Shown here piece after piece: positions 45,485 to 55,027 of a stretch of DNA of 64,000 nucleotides. This DNA is from Chitinophagaceae bacterium (GTDB taxonomy: Bacteria > Bacteroidota > Bacteroidia > Chitinophagales > UBA10324), in NCBI GenBank assembly GCA_016717285.1, contig JADKFU010000004.1:267490-331489 (forward strand), given 5' to 3'. The number at the start of each line of letters is the position of its first letter. Within the stretch, counting starts at the first letter, position 1. The notes under the pieces were generated by a model. It did not search any database, was not told the origin of the DNA, and worked only from the letters and a program-made list of their open reading frames with translations. A program made the position numbers and the translations under genes.

Positions 45485-45522
45485 TTACAATACTGTGAGG
45501 ACAACAGATAAGTTATGCTTCA

Positions 45523-45897
45523 TCAATCTGCATTTCCATTTTCTTCTTCTTTGATCTTCTTGAAAATCTCCTCCATTCTGAAAACTTCAGAGAGAGAATC
45601 ATCTACAAAAAAGTGCAGTTCCGGAATCCTTCGCACCTGGTTTCTGATGGCATTACCCAGCTTATGCCGTAATTCTCTTTCGTTATTTGTCAGCGATGCC
45701 AGCACTTCTTCCTGGTCTTTCACCTGGAAAAAACTCAGGTACACCTTTGCACTTACAAGGTCGCCTGATACGGTTACATGTGATATCGTGATCATTCCTC
45801 CATGTATCATCGACAAGCCGTCGCGCTGAAAAATTTCACTCAGCACTTCCTTGATCAGCTTGGCAATCTTCTTCTGTTTGATGGTTTCCATAATCAA
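45523..45897 (-). CDS. rbfA: Ribosome-binding factor A
   Basis: KIAKLIKEVLSEIFQRD...ITISHVTVSGDLVSAKVYLS...LRHKLGNAIRNQVRRIPELHF. Start may be METIKQ (45891). Confidence 0.85.
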   Translation of the reverse strand: MIMETIKQKKIAKLIKEVLSEIFQRDGLSMIHGGMITISHVTVSGDLVSAKVYLSFFQVKDQEEVLASLTNNERELRHKLGNAIRNQVRRIPELHFFVDDSLSEVFRMEEIFKKIKEEENGNAD

Positions 45898-46197
45898 TAA
45901 TATTAAGTAGCATTTAAATCAAAAACGGCACTGGAACCGGAACGAATTTATACCAATAAAGTGCAACACCTAAAAATATTTTTCGCCATCAAACGTATGT
46001 CCCACGGAAACAGTTGTGATTGTGTTGAAAATTAAAAAGATACCTGTCTTTCATTTCAATGCCCTTAAAGTTTGAAAATATCAGCTAACACAGGGATATT
46101 TGATTTTTCAATTCACCCGGCAACTGTTGTATCACCTTAAAAAGGTTGCCCTTTAAACAATGCGGACTTCTTTCCAGTAAGCGCCACTACCCATCAT

Positions 46198-48024
46198 TTG
46201 AAAACCTACCTCCGGCTTCTTACCTTTTCCAAACCATACTCCGGCTATATGCCGGAATATGTTGTACTGGCTTTTCTCAGTGTGATCTTTGGCGCGTTGA
46301 ACTTTTCTCTGATTGTACCCTTGCTGAATGTATTGTTCGGGACCATACAGTTGCAGCAGAATGTAGTGAAACCTGAATTCACTTTTTCCGCTTCTTATTT
46401 CATCAACACCTTCAATTATTTTTTTCAGAACATCCTTGCTGAACGTGGCAAAGTAGGCGCATTATGGTATGTATGCATCGTAATCCTTTGCAGCATCACA
46501 CTCGCTAATGTCTTCCGGTATTGGTCGCTTCGGGTGCTTGCACGCATGCGCACCAACCTGATCCGCAACATCCGTTCAGCCATACATGATCAGTTTCTAG
46601 ATATACAGGCCGGCTATTTTCAACGGCAGAAAAAAGGAGACCTTCTTTCTGTGATTTCAAATGATGTGCAGGAAATTGAAAGCTCCATCGTCACTTCCAT
46701 CCAGGTCTTCTTCCGTGATCCGGCTACGATCATCGCTTACTTCACCCTGTTGTTTGTGATATCAGCAAAACTCACCTTGTTCACACTGATCTTTCTTCCC
46801 ATTTCCGGCATCATCATCAGCGTGATCTCGCGCAGATTAAAAAAAGAATCCATCAACAGTCAGAGTTTGCTCGGCGCCATCATGGCGATTTCTGAAGAAA
46901 CCATCAGCGGCAGCAAGATCATCAGGGCGTTCAATGCCGAACCAATGCTACGTGCAAAATTTACGAAAGAGAATAACCGTTTCAGGCAATCCACTAAATC
47001 TATCTTAAACACGCGTGAACTGGCAGCACCTGTTACCGAAACCTTTTCCATTGCCATTGTGGTTGGCATTATGCTTTATGGCGGCACGATGGTACTGTCG
47101 CAGCAATCAGGACTGTCGGCGAGTGAGTTCATCGCATTCATTGCCTTGTATTCTCAGATTCTGCCACCGGCAAAAAATATTTCTTCAGCAGTCACCAGCA
47201 TTCAGCGCGGACTGGCATCCGGTGAACGGGTTTTAAAAATTATTGATGAACCCATAATAATTAAAGAGGCACCAAACGCAAAAGGCATCCAGACATTTAA
47301 CGATAAGATTGAATTCAGGAATGTTTCATTCGGATATGAAGACAAACGTTATGCATTGAACAGTATAAATGTTTCTATTCCGAAAGGAAAAGTGATTGCA
47401 CTGGTAGGTCCATCCGGTTCCGGGAAAACAACCTTTGCCGATTTACTACCGCGATTTTATGATCCCACTGACGGCGCTATTCTGATAGATGGCACCGACA
47501 TCAGAAATTATAAGATCAAAGATTTGCGTGGCCTGATTGGAATGGTATCGCAGGAACCTGTTCTTTTTAATGACACTGTTCATAATAACCTTGCCTTTGG
47601 CCTGGAAAACGTAACGGAAGAAGCAGTGATCAACGCAGCGAAAGTGGCGAATGCGCACGATTTTATTTCACGTTTGGAAAACGGTTATCAAACCATCATT
47701 GGCGATCGTGGAGGTAAACTAAGTGGCGGAGAAAAGCAACGCCTTACGATTGCACGCGCCGTGTTGAAGAATCCACCGATTTTAATTCTGGATGAAGCCA
47801 CTTCCTCACTTGATACAGAATCCGAACGGCTGGTACAAACTGCTTTGTATAAACTGATGGAAAACCGAACCAGCATCGTGATCGCACACCGGCTTTCCAC
47901 CATTCAGAATGCCGATGAAATATTTGTGCTGCGAAAAGGAAAACTGGAAGAACGCGGTACACATAAAGAGTTATTGGGAAAAGATGGCGTGTATAAACAT
48001 TTGGTGGATTTGCAGATGTTGTGA
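46198..48024 (+). CDS. ABC transporter, fused permease/ATPase (MsbA-like exporter)
   Basis: TTG start. Six-TM domain. Walker A GPSGSGKTT, signature LSGGEKQRLTIARA, Walker B ILILDEATS. Confidence 0.9.
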   Translation: MKTYLRLLTFSKPYSGYMPEYVVLAFLSVIFGALNFSLIVPLLNVLFGTIQLQQNVVKPEFTFSASYFINTFNYFFQNILAERGKVGALWYVCIVILCSITLANVFRYWSLRVLARMRTNLIRNIRSAIHDQFLDIQAGYFQRQKKGDLLSVISNDVQEIESSIVTSIQVFFRDPATIIAYFTLLFVISAKLTLFTLIFLPISGIIISVISRRLKKESINSQSLLGAIMAISEETISGSKIIRAFNAEPMLRAKFTKENNRFRQSTKSILNTRELAAPVTETFSIAIVVGIMLYGGTMVLSQQSGLSASEFIAFIALYSQILPPAKNISSAVTSIQRGLASGERVLKIIDEPIIIKEAPNAKGIQTFNDKIEFRNVSFGYEDKRYALNSINVSIPKGKVIALVGPSGSGKTTFADLLPRFYDPTDGAILIDGTDIRNYKIKDLRGLIGMVSQEPVLFNDTVHNNLAFGLENVTEEAVINAAKVANAHDFISRLENGYQTIIGDRGGKLSGGEKQRLTIARAVLKNPPILILDEATSSLDTESERLVQTALYKLMENRTSIVIAHRLSTIQNADEIFVLRKGKLEERGTHKELLGKDGVYKHLVDLQML

Positions 48025-48090
48025 TTAAAACATAACCATCAATGAGTTTCACAAAGGGTAAGCATGAAGTTTCATATCTGATACCTTGCT

Positions 48091-48119
48091 GAACAATTGA
48101 GCAATTTAACAATAGCAAC
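48091..48119. repeat. CAATT/TTAACAA word array
   Basis: gaacaattgagcaatttaacaatagcaac. A second copy, cattcagcaattaaacaatta, lies at 48283-48303 and abuts the GNAT stop. Confidence 0.7.
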
Positions 48120-48299
48120 GTTTGTAGAAATTGATCATCTTAATTCATATCTATTCAATGCTTTGCTTTGTTCATCTGCTACGAAAGATTCCAAAAAAAT
48201 TTGATTCACCAGTTCAGAATACAATCCACCATGCGGCAAATGTTTATATAAATTTGAAGAATGAAACAGCGATTTTACAACCATTCAGCAATTAAACAA

Positions 48300-48752
48300 T
48301 TACCCCACCTCATTCTCCCAAAAATAAAAATTATGCTCCCGATCCAATTCAAATCCCACTTCAGGATACAGCCGGTTGCCGATATGATTGGAGATCTCTG
48401 TTTCAAGTGAAAGTCCGGCAGCATCGGTTTCCATCGCCAACGCTTTGCACCGTTCCATTAACAACTTTGAAAATCCATTGCCGCGGAATTCAGGTTTCAC
48501 AAACAAGTCGTTGAGCAGCCACCAGCGCTTCATGCGTGTGGAAGAAAATAACGGATAGAGCTGCGTGAATCCTGCAATGATTCCCTGTTCATCTTTTGCA
48601 ATGAAGATGATAGATTCTTTGTTTTCTATCCGTTCTTTTAAAAATATTTTTGCCGCTTCCGCATCAGAAGGTTTTTTATAAAACATCCTGTAAGCATCAA
48701 ACAACAGTGCCAGCTCATCAAGGTGTTCAACGGTTGCAATCAGTATTTTCAT
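48300..48752 (-). CDS. GNAT family N-acetyltransferase
   Basis: 150 aa. Acetyl-CoA motif FVKPEFRGNGFSKLLM. Confidence 0.85.
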   Translation of the reverse strand: MKILIATVEHLDELALLFDAYRMFYKKPSDAEAAKIFLKERIENKESIIFIAKDEQGIIAGFTQLYPLFSSTRMKRWWLLNDLFVKPEFRGNGFSKLLMERCKALAMETDAAGLSLETEISNHIGNRLYPEVGFELDREHNFYFWENEVG

Positions 48753-49258
48753 GACCCTGACTTCGTGCGATAAATGAGTGCTGCAATCAATGAAATGACA
48801 ACACCGAAAATGGTGGAAAATAAAAAGAGTACTGCATAGGATTGAAATGATCCGTTGTATGACATATCTACTTCGCGCATGGCATCCTTGATCTGTTTAG
48901 GTGTGGCATGTGAAGCGACCAGTTGATTCATGGTAAATTCCTTGTAAGTAACATAAAAATCAGGATTGATCAATTGCACATAGAGCAATATGATCAATAC
49001 AAATGCAAGACTGAAAAGCACTGTGTACATGACTCCAGTCTTAAAGCCCTGCAAAAATGTGAGCTGATTACCCTGACTTTTTTTCGTTTCACGAATCACT
49101 AGAAAAATAGTGACCCAGAAAAAAATCATGGTCGCGTTGCGGGTGTACTGACCAATCTCATGTCGCGCGGTGTTGAATCCGAGTACATGCTCAAGCAGTA
49201 TCCAAACGACAGCAAAGCCGATGGCAATTGCGAGGTATTTTAAAACAGCACGATTCAT
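48749..49258 (-). CDS. DUF4199-like four-TM membrane protein
   Basis: About 169 aa with 4 TM segments and a Bacteroidota-typical layout. Its stop overlaps the GNAT start (ATGA). Confidence 0.6.
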   Translation of the reverse strand: MNRAVLKYLAIAIGFAVVWILLEHVLGFNTARHEIGQYTRNATMIFFWVTIFLVIRETKKSQGNQLTFLQGFKTGVMYTVLFSLAFVLIILLYVQLINPDFYVTYKEFTMNQLVASHATPKQIKDAMREVDMSYNGSFQSYAVLFLFSTIFGVVISLIAALIYRTKSGS

Positions 49259-49349
49259 AGTCAGCAATTTCCAATGAAGAAAAGAAATAAAGCGGAATTT
49301 CTGATAAAAACATCACGCAAAAATCAAAGCCCGAAACTTGCCTATTGTT

Positions 49350-50057
49350 TCAGTCTTTGGGATGGGTAGCCCAAACAGTTGCTTCTGTAATAAAAGCACG
49401 ATCATCCATTTCCAGCATGCTTACAATGGTATGCGCAATATCCGGCGATTGCAATTTAGTTGCATTGTACAGTTTAGGCGGACGTCCGGCATTCGGGCCA
49501 AAGTTGGTTTGCACTTCGCTTGGATTCACCTGCATCACCCGGATATTGTGTTGCCGCAGTTCGGCACGCCAGCATTCCGTCATGCCGCTCAATGCAAATT
49601 TGGTGGATGCATAAGCAGTGCCGCCGGAGAAACCTGCGCGGCCCGCAGTCGATGAAACATTCACGATGGTTCCGTATTGCTTTTCGATAAAATGCCTGGC
49701 GGATTCCCGTGCCACCATCATAGCACCCAGCACATTGGTTTCATATAACTGACGCATCTTCTCTGTATTCATGTTCACCAGTAATTCAAAATGGCCGAAA
49801 GCAGCATTGTTGATGAGCACATTGAAACTTCCAAAAGTTTTAATGGTCGTTTCAATCATTCGCATCACATCTTCTTCCTTGCTTACATCACCGGCCATAG
49901 AAACAGCACCAAGTTCTTTCGCTGCTTTTTCAAGATTGGTTTTGTTTCTGCCATTGATGATCACCATTGCACCTTTTGCAAGCAGTTGCTTTGCTGTTTC
50001 ATAGCCGAGGCCGGAGCTTCCTCCTGTAATGAGCACTTTTGCTTCGTTTAAATTCAT
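49350..50057 (-). CDS. Short-chain dehydrogenase/reductase (SDR)
   Basis: TGGSSGLG cofactor motif, NNAA, catalytic YASTK. Confidence 0.9.
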   Translation of the reverse strand: MNLNEAKVLITGGSSGLGYETAKQLLAKGAMVIINGRNKTNLEKAAKELGAVSMAGDVSKEEDVMRMIETTIKTFGSFNVLINNAAFGHFELLVNMNTEKMRQLYETNVLGAMMVARESARHFIEKQYGTIVNVSSTAGRAGFSGGTAYASTKFALSGMTECWRAELRQHNIRVMQVNPSEVQTNFGPNAGRPPKLYNATKLQSPDIAHTIVSMLEMDDRAFITEATVWATHPKD

Positions 50058-50087
50058 GGTAATGAAATTTAATGGTTGAAGAAAATT

Positions 50088-50372
50088 ATCCGTTGATTAA
50101 AATCGATGGCTATAGATAACACTGATCTACTACGTTTTCTATTGCATATGGTTTTAACTGTGGAAAAAAATATAAGAAAATCTTTCATTGCTGACCGATA
50201 AAAAATTGTTACCTGCAAAATAATGTCGCCCTTACAGGGCTTGCCCTAAATCTAATCTTTTATACACTACCATAATTCCGCCCTTACAGGGCTCAAATGC
50301 CATCGATTAAATCAACAACAATTGATGCTGCCTGCAAATCCGTTATCTATTAAAATCGACGGCAAGAGACAC
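50088..50372. repeat. Imperfect direct duplication (~35 bp units) plus ~15-bp inverted ends inside the long SDR-AlkA spacer
   Basis: atccgttgattaaaatcgatggctatagataacac (50088-50122) versus atccgttatctattaaaatcgacggcaagagacac (50337-50372). gttgattaaaatcgat (50093-50108) is nearly the reverse complement of atcgattaaatcaac (50302-50316). Confidence 0.7.
50227..50293. repeat. Two identical 15-mers CGCCCTTACAGGGCT, each a GCCCT-TAC-AGGGC mini-hairpin
   Basis: Copies at 50227-50241 and 50279-50293, 52 bp apart. Confidence 0.9.
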
Positions 50373-50580
50373 CGGAGTGTCTATTTATTTTCCGTTCACT
50401 TCGATTTAAGCTTGCGTTAAAAATCTACAACCATTCAATTACCACTCAATAATTATCATCAATTAAAATAAATGATAAAATTTCCGGACTGCGACTCGGG
50501 TATCTATTGCCTCCGGTTTTAACCGGTGGCAAAAAATTAAAAGCAACTCTCCATTGAATTAACCTGTCGTAAAATTTCAA

Positions 50581-51474
50581 TTAATCCTCACTCAAACTCC
50601 TCCACAAATATAAAGTAGCATACGCTTCCCATCCGGCATACTTTTTAAACTGCATTTCAATTTGTTGAAGTGTTGGTTTTCTCTGTAGGTTCAGGTGTTT
50701 TCTAAGGGCCTGATGAAGTCCGGCATCTTCCAAAGGAAAAGCATTCGGATAATGAAATGTTTTCATCAATGCATAATTAGCGGTCCAGTTACCGATGCCT
50801 TTCAATGCTGTCAATGCCTGCTTAGCATCGTGAAAGGAAAGCAGTGAAAGTTTTTCCTTTGAAACAGCACCGGATGTAAATGCATTTGCAACATTGATCA
50901 CATACTGCGCTTTTTGCCGGGAGAATTGCAGTTCAAGTAAAGCAGCAGGTTCAAGCGCTGCAATTGTTTCCGGTAAGGGAAAATGATAATAGGTTTTTCT
51001 TTTCCATAAAAATTTTGTTCCGAAAGTCTCTACAAAATTTCGTTTCAGCTTATATGCAAAAGTAAGGTTGATCTGCTGACCGATAATCGCCCAACTGAGT
51101 GATTCAAACAAATCCGGCATACTGACAATGCGATAACCGGAATATTTTCTCACCAATGATTTAAGCACTGCATCATTCGCGGCCATTTTATAAAACGGTT
51201 GCAGGTTGGTTTTCAGATCGAACCATTCTTGCATATAATGAGTGATGGATTGCTGAAGTATGGAAGTGAGGCGGCGATTCAAAACTGCAACAATAAGTTG
51301 TTGTTCCGGGTCAGCGGTTACGGAAATCAAAACAGTTTTTCCATTGCTATAAATTATTTTTTCTACCTGCTCATCCTGCACGTGGTGCAACAATTCATGC
51401 GGCGACCGTTTCAAAAAATGAAGGCATTGCGGAAAGCTGAATTCTTTGGGTGTAGTAATTATAAAAGATGTCAT
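50581..51474 (-). CDS. DNA-3-methyladenine glycosylase 2 family (AlkA-like, HhH-GPD)
   Basis: HhH-GPD region LTALKGIGNWTANYALMK...PLEDAGL. Start trimmed to MTSFIITTPKEF, removing a 60-codon extension that would run across the paiB-like promoter. Confidence 0.8.
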   Translation of the reverse strand: MTSFIITTPKEFSFPQCLHFLKRSPHELLHHVQDEQVEKIIYSNGKTVLISVTADPEQQLIVAVLNRRLTSILQQSITHYMQEWFDLKTNLQPFYKMAANDAVLKSLVRKYSGYRIVSMPDLFESLSWAIIGQQINLTFAYKLKRNFVETFGTKFLWKRKTYYHFPLPETIAALEPAALLELQFSRQKAQYVINVANAFTSGAVSKEKLSLLSFHDAKQALTALKGIGNWTANYALMKTFHYPNAFPLEDAGLHQALRKHLNLQRKPTLQQIEMQFKKYAGWEAYATLYLWRSLSED

Positions 51475-51506
51475 GAACCGGCGAATGTAATTCGATTTGA
51501 AGAAAG

Positions 51507-51514
51507 TATCTTTG
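51507..51514 (+). promoter_or_regulatory. Candidate -7 box TATCTTTG for the PaiB-like gene
   Basis: Exact TAnnTTTG, 21 nt upstream of ATG 51536. Confidence 0.4.
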
Positions 51515-51535
51515 AACAACTCAGTATCAATCATC

Positions 51536-52153
51536 ATGTACGTACCTAAACTATACCGCAACACTAATTTTCCGGAAATAGAACAGTTCCTGCAAAAAAA
51601 CAGCTTTGCCTCCTTAATCAGTGTGCATGAAGGTAAACCCTGGACGACACACATTCCACTCGAACTGCAAACGAATGAAAAGGATGAGCGGGTTTTGTGG
51701 GGACATTTATCACGGGCTAATCCACAATGGAAAAGTTTCGAGGCACATCCGGATGTGCTTGCTGTTTTTATGGGGCCGCATACTTACATCTCTTCATCGT
51801 GGTACGATCATGTAAATGTTCCAACGTGGAATTATATTGCGGTGCATGTTACCGGCAAAGTGAAAATAGTAGAAGGTGAACAATTGTATGAATCACTGAA
51901 ACGACTGGTGAATAAATATGAAGCTGTTTCAAAACAACCTGTGAGCATAGAAACGATGCCACAGGATTATGTGCGCAAAGAAATGAAAGGTGTGGTTGGA
52001 TTGGAAATTTCTATAGATAAGATGGAAGGAAACTGGAAACTGAGCCAGAACCGTGATGATAAAAATTATGTGAACATTATTTCAGAACTTGAAAAACTGA
52101 ATGAGCTGAATGCGGGTTTAATTGCTGAAGCGATGAAAAAAATGCGGCCGTAA
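51536..52153 (+). CDS. FMN-binding negative transcriptional regulator PaiB-like
   Basis: MYVPKLYRNTNFPEIEQFLQKNSFASLIS...HIPL...GHLSRANPQW is the PaiB family pattern. TATCTTTG box 21 nt upstream. Confidence 0.85.
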   Translation: MYVPKLYRNTNFPEIEQFLQKNSFASLISVHEGKPWTTHIPLELQTNEKDERVLWGHLSRANPQWKSFEAHPDVLAVFMGPHTYISSSWYDHVNVPTWNYIAVHVTGKVKIVEGEQLYESLKRLVNKYEAVSKQPVSIETMPQDYVRKEMKGVVGLEISIDKMEGNWKLSQNRDDKNYVNIISELEKLNELNAGLIAEAMKKMRP

Positions 52154-52189
52154 AATTTGATAGCTCAATAAATCAGGACTCAACGGGTC

Positions 52190-54751
52190 TTACATTCCGG
52201 GCCGATACATATTTCGTTCGTCCATTGGATAACCTGAATAATGAGCATTGTTTTGTTTATCGGGAACAAAAGCACTGGAAGCATCTTTCTTGAACCAGTT
52301 TTTTACCATCAGGTAATCAATATAATAAATGAGTTTCACTGATAAGTTATTCGTGGCCGGTGCATCAAAGGTTGTCTCAAAATTCTGAACATAATCATCT
52401 ACCAGCGAACTTTTTCCTTGCGCGTACTGGTAGATCGCATTTTTCCAAACAATATCAATTTCGCTGCCCGGTGCAAACCGCCAACGGTACACCATATCGA
52501 CAGTGAATGCATTGTAATTAATGTTATAATCCGCAGGATTGAATTGTTCAGACCATTCAGTATTCACCAGCATGCCTTCTTCATCAAGTTCCTTCACGCT
52601 GCTGTAGTCTGCAAACGACCAGTAATGCCGTACGTTAAGACTGATACCCATCGCATTGTTGAATACATAACTTCCGTTCAGCGAAAGTTCATTCGTGATG
52701 TTATTACGGATTCCGAAAAGGATTTTACCTGCTTCATCATCAACGTAGCCTACATCATTGATCCAGCTATTGTGGAAATAATTAACTGCAAAGGAAAGGT
52801 GATCATTCAACCTGAAACGTGGTGAGACATAAAAGTTGAACCGGTAGCGACCATCCTCTATAAACTTTCTGTAGTTGGTATTGAAACTGAAAGCAAATTT
52901 CTTTGTGTAGTCTGATTCAAACCAACCTCCGATGTTGTGATTGATGGGATAGGTATAAAATCTTCCGGGCGTTCTTGGTTCCCACCAGTCGTAGGTAATC
53001 ACCGGCTCTGTGTAGAAAAAAATACCGCCTGCAAGGTAGTTCCGGAACTTCATCCACCATTCACCACCAATGGAGAAATTGTGAAACTCGTTTGGATTAT
53101 AGAGCCTGACATACGAGGTGTTCAAAGAAAAAGACATGCTGAGAAAAGGACCGAAAGGATCATAAATATTATAGTAGGCATCTGCTCCTTCTCCCCAGGT
53201 ATTATTATTGGGAAGATAACCAAGATCATTCGGATCATACGTATCACTTTGAATATATTGCCAAAGCGTTCCTGTAAATTTTCCGCTTATTTTCCGGAGG
53301 TTCAGTCCTGTATTAAATCCAGTCTCGGGATTTTTAAGACCGCCGTAATATTTTTGACTCACAGCAGCATTGGCATAAATTCCATACGATTGCTTTTTGT
53401 TGTTCACCTGAAATTCTCCGCCGGTTACGTTGGCATCGTAGTAAGATCCTTCGCGCATTACATTGGTATTGATGAAGGTAACATAGGAGTTGTTTTTTAA
53501 TCCCTGGTCAAATACCAGCACATTGTAATTGGTGAGTGGATCAGTAAGTACTTCTCTTTCAGAATTATTATCCGTATTGGTAATAACAGCATGCGTAGGT
53601 GTAGAAACAGCATTGAAAAAACCGATGCCTAGATTGTTACCTGTACGGCCTGAAATCTTGGTGGCATTGATCAGTTGTGACTGCGCAGGATTTTCTGTGA
53701 TTACTTCATTGTCGGCAGTTTCTCCATACACATCATAATATCCGATTGGTGTGCCGCCAACACGGCGTGAATAAAACAATCCGCCCTTATTGAAAAGCTC
53801 TGTTCCTTCCGTAAAGAATTGCCGCTTCTCATCAAAGTGTGTTTCAAACGGTGAAAGATTGAGCACCTGCGCATCTGATTGCACTTGTCCGAAATAAGGA
53901 ACAAGCGTCATGTCGAGCGTAAAGGCATCGTTGATTCCATATTTCAAATCAAGTCCGCCATTGAAGCCATAACTGTTTTCAGAAGGGTTAGCGCTTTTAT
54001 CATTATAGTTTTCATAGTACGCTGCAACGTAAGGATACAATGCCAAACGTATGGGAGGCTTGATATTTTTTATACCGTTTAACATGCCGGCCTGGTTTAA
54101 AAACCCATTCACCTCCGGATCAATTTCACTCCAGAATGATTTTTCGCGGCTGTGAGTAATGAACCGTCCGAAGTTGATACGCCAGGTCTGTTCAGCATCT
54201 CCCGGGAATCGCAAAGCGGAATATGGAATGCGGAATTCCGCCGTCCATTTTTGATCGGTTACTTTCACCTTGCAGCTCCAGACAGCATCCCAGCTAAAGT
54301 CTTCTCCCAACACAGAATACTTGGCGTCATTCTCAACACCTGATGCAGTGATGATCATGCCAACGCCATTCAGTCCGTCGCGATAGCAATCGATAAACAC
54401 ACCAAACCAGTCGGCTACATTGATGTTATCGCGGTCGGAAAGTTCAGTATTGATGGGCTTGCCGGAAGTATCATACATCACGGCTCCAACGTAAATAGCA
54501 ACATCATCATACAGTATTTTGACTTCTGTTTTTTGCACAGCCGGTTGTCCTGGCGCAGGTTCCAGTTGTATAAACTCATTTGCAACAGGCGCATTGATCC
54601 ATGGTACATCATTCAAATCGCCATCAATCTGAACAGGCTGATCGATACGAACGGCCTGCAGTGATTTAGAAATTTTCGCAGGTGAATCCTGCGCCATAGC
54701 GGCGGTTAAAATGAGAAAAAGGGGAATGAAAAGCAGGGTGCGGTAAAACAT
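52190..54751 (-). CDS. CBM9/DOMON-like plus DUF5916 outer-membrane protein
   Basis: Signal peptide LILTAAMAQD. N-terminus IDGDLNDVPWINAPVANEFIQLEP...ILYDDVAIYVGA (CBM9-like), then a long beta-barrel-like region. Start trimmed to MFYRTLLF. Confidence 0.75.
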   Translation of the reverse strand: MFYRTLLFIPLFLILTAAMAQDSPAKISKSLQAVRIDQPVQIDGDLNDVPWINAPVANEFIQLEPAPGQPAVQKTEVKILYDDVAIYVGAVMYDTSGKPINTELSDRDNINVADWFGVFIDCYRDGLNGVGMIITASGVENDAKYSVLGEDFSWDAVWSCKVKVTDQKWTAEFRIPYSALRFPGDAEQTWRINFGRFITHSREKSFWSEIDPEVNGFLNQAGMLNGIKNIKPPIRLALYPYVAAYYENYNDKSANPSENSYGFNGGLDLKYGINDAFTLDMTLVPYFGQVQSDAQVLNLSPFETHFDEKRQFFTEGTELFNKGGLFYSRRVGGTPIGYYDVYGETADNEVITENPAQSQLINATKISGRTGNNLGIGFFNAVSTPTHAVITNTDNNSEREVLTDPLTNYNVLVFDQGLKNNSYVTFINTNVMREGSYYDANVTGGEFQVNNKKQSYGIYANAAVSQKYYGGLKNPETGFNTGLNLRKISGKFTGTLWQYIQSDTYDPNDLGYLPNNNTWGEGADAYYNIYDPFGPFLSMSFSLNTSYVRLYNPNEFHNFSIGGEWWMKFRNYLAGGIFFYTEPVITYDWWEPRTPGRFYTYPINHNIGGWFESDYTKKFAFSFNTNYRKFIEDGRYRFNFYVSPRFRLNDHLSFAVNYFHNSWINDVGYVDDEAGKILFGIRNNITNELSLNGSYVFNNAMGISLNVRHYWSFADYSSVKELDEEGMLVNTEWSEQFNPADYNINYNAFTVDMVYRWRFAPGSEIDIVWKNAIYQYAQGKSSLVDDYVQNFETTFDAPATNNLSVKLIYYIDYLMVKNWFKKDASSAFVPDKQNNAHYSGYPMDERNMYRPGM

Positions 54752-55027
54752 TGGCCAGTAACGGGCGAATGTATCACTTATGGTGTTGAAAGCTTCTTTT
54801 ATTATACATAATACCGAAGGTTTCTGATCAAACAGAAAATTCATTCGACAAAAAATGTTGCTATAAAAGATGCCGGTTTTTGTATGTCCATTTTTATGGC
54901 ACTTATTTACAATGATCTCTATTATGAAATCAAAAATAGTACAAGAAATTAGCATTGGATATTGAACCTAAAGTAAAATATAAGGTTTACGATAGCGTCT
55001 TAATTAACAAAACAAAAATTAAATCGC

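Noticed and set aside
46146-46376. A 76-aa ORF overlapping the start of the MsbA-like gene in another frame.
   Set aside because: The MsbA-like frame gives the canonical MKTYLRLLTFSKPY N-terminus from TTG 46198. The alternative frame has no motif.
48300-49258. GNAT acetyltransferase overlapping an upstream small gene (ATGA overlap), resembling a GNAT toxin-antitoxin pair.
   Set aside because: The partner is a four-TM membrane protein (DUF4199-like), not an RHH/DUF1778-type antitoxin. The GNAT looks like an ordinary housekeeping-size acetyltransferase.
52937-53500. A 187-aa ORF antisense to the DUF5916 gene. Similar long antisense ORFs occur at 52418-52825, 13600-14007, 57933-58391, 40870-41238, 21222-21623 and 11728-12081.
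   Set aside because: Each lies fully inside a CDS on the other strand that has strong motif support. Their translations are low-complexity or have no recognisable motif, and none has a promoter box or signal. They are most likely frame shadows.
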